Source of the DNA: Naegleria gruberi
Taxonomy: Eukaryota
Reading direction: 5' to 3' (one strand)
DNA length: 64,000 nt
NCBI GenBank assembly: GCA_000004985.1
Contig: GG738882.1
Position 1 is the stretch's first letter. Each line of letters opens with the position of its first letter. Made by a program: the position numbers and the translations under genes. The notes below the pieces were generated by a model. It was not told where the DNA came from. It was given only the letters and a program-made list of their open reading frames with translations, and did not search any database. Of this stretch, positions 9,189 to 18,673 are shown piece by piece.

Positions 9189-11144
9189 ATGATGGTGTTA
9201 CTGTTCTCAATTATTCATTCCTTCACAAACTCAATCATTTCGGTATTTAGGAAAAAAATGAGTGGTGGAGAATCTCAACTGCTACCAGCAGCAGTGGCAA
9301 CACCATCTCTTCTCTCAAATAACTCTCTGTCATCATCTTCTTCAAGTAATAGACAATTGAATGGTGGTGATTTATCATCAGTTATGATGGCTGCTCTTCA
9401 ATCTTCATCGGATCATTCTTTGGATCAATTATTTACCGATAATACTAACAATACATTTCCAACATCATCATCTTCAATAACACCAAATAATAGTGATAAT
9501 GCTACAAGTATTTTACTTTTCCTATCTAATGCAGGAAGTGTAATTGCAAAAAGCGAAATTGCTTCGGTTTCAGAAAGAGTAAAAGGCTGGATTAAAAAGA
9601 TTTCTCAATCAAGTAATCAAATTAGATTTCATTTACAATTTAATATTAGTTTAACTCTTGGACAAATACTTAAATATGGAATTCCGATTACTGCTGTATT
9701 ATTATATTGTATATATAAATTAATTAAATATGTAAAATATAAGTATTTAAGAGATAAATCAAAGGATATTTCAAATCCGAATAATAAGTATAGAATATCC
9801 TTACGAAAACTTTGGAAGAAGAATACAAAGGCTTCTAGTCAAGATATTATGGACCAATCTGATGAGGAAAACTCAATGTATAGTAAAAATGTAATTGTGG
9901 ATGATTCAAAATCTGTACAAACTAACTCGGAATATGCATTTCCTATTTCATCTAGTTATTCATTTAATGAGAAAACAATTAATGGTGTTAAGGGTGTAAT
10001 GCTCAATTCAGGAAGATGGTTATCATATGAAGAATATGGAAACACTTCAACTAAAACAAGAGTTGTCTTCTTTTTCCATTCTATTGGTCAATCTAGATTG
10101 GAAACTCCAACCAATGAACATGATAGTATTGGTAAAAGATATGGAATTAGATTTATTCATGTTGATAGACCAGGATATGGTCAATCAAGTCAACAAAAAT
10201 CAAGAAGTTTTTTATCATTTGCGAGAGACATTGCACAAATGTCAAATATATTAGACATTGAACAGTATTCAGTTATTGGAGTGTCTTCTGGAAGCTGTTA
10301 TGCATGGGCTTGTGCCTATTTAAATATTGATAATAAGGTAGTTTCTTGCAGTATATTAAGTGGAGAACTACCATACTTGTATATACCTCCGTCTCAAACC
10401 TCTAGGTTTCTAAAAGATACTTCATTACTTGTAAATTATTTACCGAAATTTATATTTAAAGGATTATTGAATACTGCACTCAAAAGTACTGTATTTAGTG
10501 AGCCTGAAAGATTTTCAGGATATGTGAGACAAAGTTCTTACTTTTCAAAAGAAAATATTGAAGATTTGCAAAACTTTTGCAGTAATTGCGTATTGAGCAT
10601 GAGAGAAGGAATGAATGCTTTTGGAGTTACAGAAGTAATCAGAGAGCTTAAAATGGAGAGAGAAGATTGGAACTTTTCACTTAAAGATGTATCAATACCT
10701 GTTCATATGTGGCATGGAGAACATTCTCTGATACTACCACTACCTTTGCTTAAATCTGCCATTCCAAGTTTAATTAGTGATAGGTACAATGAGTTTAGAG
10801 TAACAGAAAACAAGATCAACTCTCAAAAACAATCAAAAAAGTCATCAAACTCAAATACTTCCCAAGGTCTTCACAGAATAGGTTCTACAGAAACAATTGA
10901 GACGATGACAACCTCTGTAACTGTTGAGACAAAAACAAAAACTGAAGAGTCCTCAAACAATAATTACAGATACACAAATGTCAATCTTCATACTGTGGCA
11001 GATCATGGTCATTTGTTCTGGAGAAGTGCTACAATGTTTGAAGAAGTTGTCAAATCAATATCTGAACATTTGGAAACAATTTATGATAACAACAGCTATT
11101 TTTCAGAAACTACCTCGATATTTGAATTTAGAACTGACTTTTAA
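9189..11144 (+). CDS. alpha/beta-hydrolase fold protein with Ser-rich N-terminal region and one TM helix
   Basis: 651-aa ORF (alternative ATG at 9257). Nucleophile elbow GVSSG in VIGVSSGSCYAWACAY, and oxyanion-hole-like FFFHSIGQS upstream. N-terminal low-complexity S/N-rich region and hydrophobic helix (GIPITAVLLYCIYKLI). Confidence 0.6.
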   Translation: MMVLLFSIIHSFTNSIISVFRKKMSGGESQLLPAAVATPSLLSNNSLSSSSSSNRQLNGGDLSSVMMAALQSSSDHSLDQLFTDNTNNTFPTSSSSITPNNSDNATSILLFLSNAGSVIAKSEIASVSERVKGWIKKISQSSNQIRFHLQFNISLTLGQILKYGIPITAVLLYCIYKLIKYVKYKYLRDKSKDISNPNNKYRISLRKLWKKNTKASSQDIMDQSDEENSMYSKNVIVDDSKSVQTNSEYAFPISSSYSFNEKTINGVKGVMLNSGRWLSYEEYGNTSTKTRVVFFFHSIGQSRLETPTNEHDSIGKRYGIRFIHVDRPGYGQSSQQKSRSFLSFARDIAQMSNILDIEQYSVIGVSSGSCYAWACAYLNIDNKVVSCSILSGELPYLYIPPSQTSRFLKDTSLLVNYLPKFIFKGLLNTALKSTVFSEPERFSGYVRQSSYFSKENIEDLQNFCSNCVLSMREGMNAFGVTEVIRELKMEREDWNFSLKDVSIPVHMWHGEHSLILPLPLLKSAIPSLISDRYNEFRVTENKINSQKQSKKSSNSNTSQGLHRIGSTETIETMTTSVTVETKTKTEESSNNNYRYTNVNLHTVADHGHLFWRSATMFEEVVKSISEHLETIYDNNSYFSETTSIFEFRTDF

Positions 11145-11148
11145 TAAA

Positions 11149-13474
11149 TTAATGATCTTCGTGGCCTATTATTTCCTTTGATCCTTTTGTGATATGGTGT
11201 TCTTCTTCCTTTTCCTTTTCTCCATCAAGTGTTTCAGAAACTACATCAATCTTGGTTCCTAATAGATCCCACAAATACTCATCTAAGGTATTTCTTGCTA
11301 CCAAGTAGTGAACATTCACTGTTGATTTCTGTCCAATACGGTGAGCTCTATCTTCTGCTTGAGCTAAAAACCCACTGTTCCAAGTCAATTCACCAAACAC
11401 CACGGTTGAACATGGCACAAAATTGAGTCCAACACCTTAATTATTGTATTCCGAAGATAAATAGGTTCATCAATACAAGCCTAACAATAAATTACATACC
11501 TGCTACTGCAATACTCAAAATAGCAACTTTAACATCTGGATCCTCTCTAAATTCTTGAGAGATTGCATGTCTTTGTTCAACTGGAGTTTCTCCATCAATT
11601 CTTACAAACTTTAGTTTTTTTCCCTCATTCTTTTCAACCTCCTCAATCTCTTTTTTAATTTCTTCTTCGATGGCATTCATTACAGATCTGTGATGAGCAA
11701 AAATGATAAACTTTTCTCCTTTCTTGAAAGTATATCTGGCATATCTTGCTACAGTTTTTTGCTTAGCAATAGCAGTCAAATTGAATTTTTGAAGAATTTC
11801 AATATCATTTGGATCAAACCTCAAATTTTTACCCTTTCTTTGATTGAAATTCTCAAATGTTAATCTGTGAGGACCTATATCCTCATCTGGAAGACTCAAA
11901 TATGTCAAATAACGTCTCTTTGGAGGTAATTGAGTTAAGACATCTCTTTTCAGTCTTCTAATCATTATCGAACGACTAAGCAACAAGTTAAGTTCTGAAA
12001 GGAATCTATTGCCTCTATAGTCTGCACCCGTAAAGAAATTAGTTTTGAGATCACAATATCTATATCCAAATTCAGTCTTTTTGAGTAATGTCTTTTTAGA
12101 TTTTGGACCACATAAAAGAGCCTTCATTTGTGTGAACAACTCAATTGGTCTGGAAGGACTTGCTGTTCCTGATATGAGAACTAATCTCTTTGCGCTTCTC
12201 AATAGTGGAATAATATTCTGGGTTCTCTTAGATCCATCATTCTTGAGCATGTGAGATTCATCTGTGATAATAATTGAAAAATCTAGTAACCATTTCACAG
12301 CATCAGAATTTTCATCTTCAGCATTCTTTGAAGCCAAATCATACGAGATAATATATACAAGATATTTCTTTGGGTTTTCCCTAGTTTCTTCAATCACTTT
12401 GGCAAGTCCTTGTGAACTATCAACAATACAAATATAAGGATCTAAAGAATCTCCAGTAAAATTAAACTCCTTTCCCATGTGCTTTTTCAGCCATTCAGCA
12501 TCTATCCATGTATTAAGCTCCCTTCTCCAGTTATTGTGAAGACTACAAGGTCCAATAATTAACATAGGCCATTCTTTCGGATAAAAAGAGGCAATTCCCA
12601 AGGCCTGTAGTGTCTTTCCCAGACCCATTTCGTCACTAATTTCAATAATTATTACATCTGTTGTAAGAAACAGTTAAACTTACCACAGCATAACTCTTCC
12701 ATCTCTTGAAATGGCATACTCAATGCCCTCTTTTTGAAAAGGTAAAATGTTATTATATAAATTAGATGGAAGTCTCAGTGAAAGGTCGTAATCTTTAGGT
12801 GATTTCTTCGATTTGTTTTTAAAAGATTTGATTTGGTTTTCGTAGTGATCCAAAACTTGAAAAACGAATGGTGGTATAGGTTCAAAAGAAACATCCTCAT
12901 GTTCCTCAGTGAAAAATCTTAAAATTTCATCATAATCATAATATGAAAAGTATAAAACTGGTGGTGCCTTAGAATTGTCCTTTTTCTCTATTGGTTCATC
13001 TTGTAAATATTCGTCCTTTTCTTGTTCTTCATCTTTTGGAAGAACTTCATGCTCTATGTGGAAAGTAGATTTCAGAGATTCAGCCAATCTATCATAAACC
13101 TTTTTACTTGGAAATGACATTTTAATACTCAATTTATCAGTTATTGAGTGTAATCCCAATTCTTTCTTATTTCTAAAAGTTGCAATTTCCAATTGTATCC
13201 TCTTTGATCTTTCCTTCTCCTCTATTTTGTGATCAGTCATCTTTTGCACTGCCACTCTCTTTTTCCAATCCCATCCTGATTTTAAATTCTTTCCGAAATG
13301 AGAACTAAAACTTCTACAAGTTGTTTGATAATTGTTCCTTTCATTCATCATCACAGAATTTGTAAAATTAAAAGAAACTGCTCCGAAGGAGTGATGATCA
13401 TGGGAAGAAGCACAAACTTTCCAACAAGATTGCAATCGGATTGTCGAAGACAATCGTTTAGTGTTGGTGAGCAT
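11149..13474 (-). CDS. SNF2-family annealing helicase, SMARCAL1 (HARP)-like
   Basis: Three exons 12684..13474, 11500..12635 and 11149..11435. Introns 48 nt (TG|GTAAGT) and 64 nt (G|GTATGT). CDS 2214 nt = 737 aa. Motifs: LPFQKEGIEYAI, DEMGLGKT (I), IITDESHMLKN (II, DESH), LISGTASPSRP (III), AGGVGLN (V), QAEDRAHRIGQ (VI). The gap RVMLC-DEMGLGKT mirrors SMARCAL1. Confidence 0.85.
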
Positions 13475-13773
13475 TTTTTTTGACTTTGTTTTCCAATCAA
13501 TTAATGTTCATCAAATCATTAGAAACTCATTCTTAGAGGATCGAGTAATCTCTAGAATTCCAATCAAAATCATCAATTTTTGATAAGATTACTCCATAGA
13601 ACAGAATGAAGGCAAACTATTTATCATTCAAATAAAATTGATAAGGAAAGCCCTTAAGATTTTTGATTAAAAATTTGGCGCCAAATCTCTAGACATCAAA
13701 TGAAAACCTTCCGAATCGATTTACCCTGGAATGTTTGTTGAGGTAAAATTACAAATTTCAAAGCCTTCAAAAA
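13475..13773. promoter_or_regulatory. inferred bidirectional promoter region between divergently transcribed SMARCAL1-like and SCAR genes
   Basis: 299-bp AT-rich intergenic segment between two start codons on opposite strands; no specific motif identified. Confidence 0.3.
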
Positions 13774-15342
13774 ATGTCTCTTGTTGTCTATCGGCTTGAG
13801 AATAGTCAAGCGGTTTCAGAGAAGAAACATCAAATCTTTGAAAAGACTTTAAATAATACTAATGATGAAAAAACGAATAGTGGAAATAATGAGGATAGAA
13901 CCAAATCAACCGTATTGGATTTAAGAACATGTACTCAAGTTGCTCAAACATCATCATTATTAGGAATGTTGGAAAATTTAAAAAAGCTCTCACTGACCTC
14001 TCAGGTGGCTATTGAGAGTATAACTAGAGAGGCCGATAAAACATTCGAAAGAGTCTATCAGGTACATGAAAAAGTTATCATTCTAACGGAGAAAGTAAAT
14101 AGAATTAAGGAGTTTTATGACAACTCTCAATTTGAAGAAATTCAGAGAAAGCAAGTTATTCAACGAGTGGATTATAAGGAACCAGAACAAGGAAGATTTA
14201 ATAGTGAGACTATACCCTATGGTTGGTTTGAACAATATCAGAAATGTGAGGATATGCCAAACTTTAGGATAGTTGATGAGTATTTATTGAAACCTCCCTA
14301 TTTACAGTCTTATTACAAGAACTATTCGAATCCTGATGGTTTATTCTCGACATGGAAAGATACCTTTGTTAGGCATTTGAGGAACGAGCAGCAGAAAGAA
14401 CGAGAGCTGCATAATCAAACACAATCATCCCAAACTCAATCAATAATCTTTCTGAAGAAGAAACATTCCGTTGGTGATGTAATAGTTCCAGAAAAGAGAG
14501 TGAAGAAAGTGATACCTGTGTGGAAGAAATATGATAAGAACAATGGATCTAAGGTAACGCTACAGCAAGAAGGAACAATATTCGAAAATATTCAACAAAT
14601 TACAATTTCTGAGAATCAAAATCAATCTCTTTCAAGAACAAGAAGCTCTGTTTTGAGAAGCGCTGGAAGTCAAAAGAAGATTGACAATTCTGTTCTTTCC
14701 CCAGAGGAGCCAAAGATAAAATCACCAATGGAAGAAAAGATGAAGACGTTGTTAAAGAAAACAAGAAGTCAAAACAACACCCTAGAAGCTGTAACTACTC
14801 AAAAACTGCCAGAAATACAGCCGAACCAAAACACCTTAACACCTGATTACTCACCAGAATCTAAGGTAATAGAAATTGCTCCCTCTTCTGAGCAAGTTAA
14901 CCAACCTGTCAGCATCATTCCACCAGTTCCTAATATTCCTCCTCCACCTGTGAATATCGTACCAGTCGCTAAACCTGTTGATCTTAAGCCAATCGTTCCA
15001 CCAGTTCCAAAAACTCAACCAGTGCCTCCTTCTATTAACATTTCTCTTTCTCAAAGTTTGGTCAACTCTGCAACAGCAATATCTGGAAAGGCAATGTTGA
15101 AACCAACATCACCAAGAGAACAGACAGCTAAAAATGATGCTGTTGCTGATCTTCTGGAAGGAATAAGAAACGGAATCAAACTTTCCAAAGCATCAGAACG
15201 TGTTCTTGCTGAAAAACCAGCTGCAAAGCAGTCATTTGATGTGTTCAGTGTTTTGAAAGAAAAATTCAAATTTGCAAATGCTGAAATGTCAACAGATTCA
15301 TTCTGTCCTTCAGCTTCTGGAACTTTTACTGAGGATTGGTAA
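13774..15342 (+). CDS. SCAR/WAVE family actin nucleation-promoting factor
   Basis: Single 522-aa ORF. The N-terminal SCAR-homology region aligns with WAVE (IPYGWFEQYQKCEDMP..., YSNPDGLFSTWKDTF vs FYTNPSYFFDLWKEKM). Then a basic region, a proline-rich stretch (PPVPNIPPPPVNIVP), a WH2 motif (ADLLEGIRNGIKLSKA), a connector, and an acidic C-terminus ending TEDW. Confidence 0.8.
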   Translation: MSLVVYRLENSQAVSEKKHQIFEKTLNNTNDEKTNSGNNEDRTKSTVLDLRTCTQVAQTSSLLGMLENLKKLSLTSQVAIESITREADKTFERVYQVHEKVIILTEKVNRIKEFYDNSQFEEIQRKQVIQRVDYKEPEQGRFNSETIPYGWFEQYQKCEDMPNFRIVDEYLLKPPYLQSYYKNYSNPDGLFSTWKDTFVRHLRNEQQKERELHNQTQSSQTQSIIFLKKKHSVGDVIVPEKRVKKVIPVWKKYDKNNGSKVTLQQEGTIFENIQQITISENQNQSLSRTRSSVLRSAGSQKKIDNSVLSPEEPKIKSPMEEKMKTLLKKTRSQNNTLEAVTTQKLPEIQPNQNTLTPDYSPESKVIEIAPSSEQVNQPVSIIPPVPNIPPPPVNIVPVAKPVDLKPIVPPVPKTQPVPPSINISLSQSLVNSATAISGKAMLKPTSPREQTAKNDAVADLLEGIRNGIKLSKASERVLAEKPAAKQSFDVFSVLKEKFKFANAEMSTDSFCPSASGTFTEDW

Positions 15343-15420
15343 TCTTAATTGATTATTATTAACATTCCTAATTAATGAAACACCTTGTAAACTTATAATT
15401 CAAACAACATTGAAATAAAA

Positions 15421-15876
15421 ATGAAAGATCCATCCTATTTCCATCACAAAACGCCCAATCAAATTAAATCATCAATAACCTCTCCGAACACTAACAAAAC
15501 CTTCATCAAATACTTTCAATATTCTAAATTGAAATACATTATACCAATTTCAATATGTACTTTTATTCTAGGTTATAATAAAGAATATATCGAATGGGAA
15601 TGGGATCAATACAAGTCAGCACAAAGAAAACGAGACAAGTTTTTAGCCAATAATGCCTATTATCAAAAGTATCAAACAAGACCTCCTGGATATAAAGGTT
15701 CAATGGAAGAATTACATGAGAATAGAGAACCTGTTGGATTAATTTCTAGAACCTTCTTCCGTATTAAATTATGGATTATGGAGCATGAGAGTAAATTAGA
15801 TCCTATTCTGAATCCAACCGGAAATACAGAAAATCGTGAAAAGGCCTATGAAAGTCTGAGGAAAAATCGTCAATAA
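15421..15876 (+). CDS. hypothetical small protein with one TM helix
   Basis: 151-aa ORF starting at ATG; hydrophobic segment IIPISICTFILGY; no domain recognised. Confidence 0.35.
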   Translation: MKDPSYFHHKTPNQIKSSITSPNTNKTFIKYFQYSKLKYIIPISICTFILGYNKEYIEWEWDQYKSAQRKRDKFLANNAYYQKYQTRPPGYKGSMEELHENREPVGLISRTFFRIKLWIMEHESKLDPILNPTGNTENREKAYESLRKNRQ

Positions 15877-15878
15877 CA

Positions 15879-16136
15879 CTATTGACTATTGTCTGAATTA
15901 TTGTCACTGTGTTGTTGTTGCTGTTGTTGTTGTAACGGAAATTGTTGGTTAATAATTTCAAATATTTGTAATCTTCCACACTCTGTAAATTCCAAGTCCT
16001 CAACTTGTTGCAAAGAGTCTGCGTATTGAAGAATATCTTTAATTTTCTCTTCAAGAGGACGAGACTTTATCGTTGATATTTCCTCAACAATTTCTTCAAG
16101 TGTCCAAGAATCAGCGTGAGTTTCCGAAGGCTTCAT
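15879..16136 (-). CDS. hypothetical small acidic protein with C-terminal polyQ
   Basis: 85-aa ORF with ATG start, ending QQQQQQQHSDNNSDNSQ; no domain recognised. Confidence 0.3.
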   Translation of the reverse strand: MKPSETHADSWTLEEIVEEISTIKSRPLEEKIKDILQYADSLQQVEDLEFTECGRLQIFEIINQQFPLQQQQQQQHSDNNSDNSQ

Positions 16137-16222
16137 TCTTTAATGATTTAATTCTAAGTTTTTTTTAAAGCGGGCTGGTTTCAAATTTTTGTAAACTAGG
16201 CAAGGACGACAAATTTAAAAAA

Positions 16223-16914
16223 ATGCTCAACAGATTAGCCACCACTGTACGTTATTTTTTAAACAGCTCTTGCTTACCACTCTTCAATTTCGCACACTTT
16301 TTGTACAACAAAAACAACAACATCATGATGAATTATTATTATTGCAAATTGTTATTATAAATTAACAACAATGTGTTATATTACTAAAATTTTAATAGAA
16401 GGCAACAAGCAAGATTCTCTGCAACAACAACTCCAAGAGATCATACGCTGTCGTTGCTCAAACTCCACGTGCCTACGATACTTCAAAGGAAGCTTTCAAG
16501 GCCGCTTCTCCACTCCAATCTCTCTGGAACAATGGTGCCTATGAGGATAGATTAATTTCTTTGTTGACTGCTATCCGTCCATATAAAATTACCCCAGAAT
16601 TCATTGCTGCTGCCAATGAAGCTCTTAACAAACAATACAAGACTGAAGATCTCATTCCAAAGGAAAAGAATCTTGAATTTGCTAGAGCTATGGATGGTGT
16701 TGATACTATTGAATTGGACGAACATACATTGATTTCCTTCTACGGTGAAGATTACAAAGATATTTTGAATGAATTCTTTGAATTGAAGCCTGTCCTCTCC
16801 CAAAGAGCTATGGATAGATATCTTCAATTGAATCATGAAGAATATCTTAAAATCAAGAAGGAAAGAGCTGAAAAGATTTTGACTTGGTGCCAAGAAACTG
16901 CCAAATCTTTGTAA
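16223..16914 (+). CDS. probable mitochondrial protein (presequence-like N-terminus), two exons
   Basis: An 8-codon first exon 16223..16246 (ATGCTCAACAGATTAGCCACCACT|GTACGT) is joined to 16399..16914 through a 152-nt intron ending TTTTAATAG. CDS 540 nt = 179 aa, starting MLNRLATTKATSKILCNNNSKRSYAVVAQTPRAY (basic, hydroxylated, no acidic residues). The ORF-track start at 16561 is an internal TTG. Family not recognised. Confidence 0.45.
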
Positions 16915-16954
16915 ATTCAAGTATCATAAAAATTAGGGTTTTTTACTCCGTAAA

Positions 16955-17575
16955 TTATGATTTGGTTTCTTGTACTTTTTGTTCTAGTGAAACTTTTTCA
17001 AAACTCAATCTTGCCAATTCTCTATTCGAATAGAACTTTTCACGATTTAGGGCTTGTGTTTCTCTGATATCTTTGGTTGGTTTTTGAGAATAAAGTGAAA
17101 GCATATACATTGTGAAACTTCCTTCATCACTAAGTGTTTTGGCAATTTCTTGTTTGACATGTTGTTCAGTCCAATCACTGATTGCTAAAAGGTTGAAATT
17201 TAAAAAGAAAATAATATGAAATAGACAGACAGCAAAAAAGAATAGACCTCTATGCCATTTCCCTCTTCCTGACCTTGATTTTTCAATCTTTTCAAGTTGG
17301 TCATTTGTAACTTGCAATCTGTGACGCCACTGTGAGAAGGTAGTTTGAATACTACCCAAAGTATCTGTTAGTCCGTGTAAGAATGATTTTTCATTGTCTG
17401 ATTCAATTTCTGTATTTACAATATTATTTTGTTCCTTTTTTTCTGTTAATTCCGAAGCATTAATTTTACTATCATTAATTGTAGAATAACAACATTTCCG
17501 TATATTTCCAATTTTGAAATGATGATAGAGTTGAATGCTAATTTTCGAAGAATGATTCAGTTTACGTCTTATCAT
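16955..17575 (-). CDS. hypothetical membrane protein
   Basis: 206-aa single ORF with ATG start; hydrophobic segment GLFFFAVCLFHIIFFLNFNLLAI; basic N-terminus; no domain recognised. Confidence 0.4.
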   Translation of the reverse strand: MIRRKLNHSSKISIQLYHHFKIGNIRKCCYSTINDSKINASELTEKKEQNNIVNTEIESDNEKSFLHGLTDTLGSIQTTFSQWRHRLQVTNDQLEKIEKSRSGRGKWHRGLFFFAVCLFHIIFFLNFNLLAISDWTEQHVKQEIAKTLSDEGSFTMYMLSLYSQKPTKDIRETQALNREKFYSNRELARLSFEKVSLEQKVQETKS

Positions 17576-17696
17576 TTTTTATATGACTTAATATTTTAAT
17601 TTTCTAATATTTATTTATCATTATTATTGTTATCAAATTTAATGATCAACATATTAAAGATTAATATATGAATAAGTATTAAAATTAATACTTTAT

Positions 17697-18506
17697 TTAT
17701 CGTACTTTTTGTTTCAATTTTTGAAGATTTTGCAAATCATTAATTTTTCCGCTGCTCTTTCCTTCAAAACCTGCTCTCTTCTTTGTTGAATTTGGTTTTT
17801 GTTTCTTCTTCTTCATATCTTGTTGTCTCTTCAATTTAGATTGTAAAACTTTAACATCAGAGTCATCTCTTCCTTTAACAATTTTAGTCATGGCAGACTG
17901 TAACTTTTCTTCCTTAGCAATCTTATCACCATGCTTCATATGACTCAACTTGGTTTGATGTTTACGTTTTTCCGAGAGTGCTTTTTTGATACTCCTTGAA
18001 CTCTTCAAACTATCACCACTTGTGGTATGAACATCAGTATCATCTTGCAAAGAGTCGATAACTTTAGAGAATTTCATAGAGGATGTATCAGTTTCTTTTC
18101 GTTTTCTCTTCTTTCCGTCCATTTCTTCATCTTCGAAAATAGGTTCATCATCTTCATCATCGGATCCTTCAATTCCCAATTTTTTGTTGTATCTCTTTTG
18201 TGCTTTCTTAGACATTTTAGATTTTTCAAACTTTTCCTTTTGTTTCTTGACTACATATTGTTTAAGTAATTCATCTTCATCATCCGAGTCTTCTGGGCCT
18301 GCTGTAGTAACTACAGTATTATTGGTAGAAAACATGGAAAAGACTGAAAAAAATCATTTAGTAAACAATTAACAAATCAACTTACAATTTAAAAATTGAT
18401 GAATATTGTTTGATAATTGTTCATTGTTTTCTGTCGTCGAAGAAGTGATGCCTGCTGAATTCTTGTCCGTAATCGATTCTGTTGATGAAGCTTGTTGTGA
18501 TGTCAT
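17697..18506 (-). CDS. Lys/Glu/Asp-rich nucleolar-type protein, two exons
   Basis: Exons 18386..18506 and 17697..18343 with a 42-nt intron (T|GTAAGT ... TTTTTCAG). CDS 768 nt = 255 aa. Acidic Ser clusters (GSDDEDDEPIFEDEE) alternate with KRKRK stretches. Confidence 0.55.
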
Positions 18507-18673
18507 TTGTTTTTTTTTAATCAAATTAATTTCAAATTTAATGTTGAAAATTGTCTTTGAAGCGATTTCTTGCACAAAGTTTGTTGGAGGATCCAAAAGA
18601 AAGAGATTGCAGTAATAATAACAGAGAGGTTTTAAATTGTTACATTAGGTTTTGTTATTATATTGTTAGCAGA

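Noticed and set aside
15879-16400. ATG followed immediately by a 27-nt GT...AG segment (16369..16398) as a possible start-codon-only first exon for the 16399..16914 gene
   Set aside because: A 27-nt intron is below the observed size range. The alternative 8-codon exon at 16223..16246, with a GTACGT donor and a classic mitochondrial presequence, gives an in-frame and biologically sensible N-terminus.
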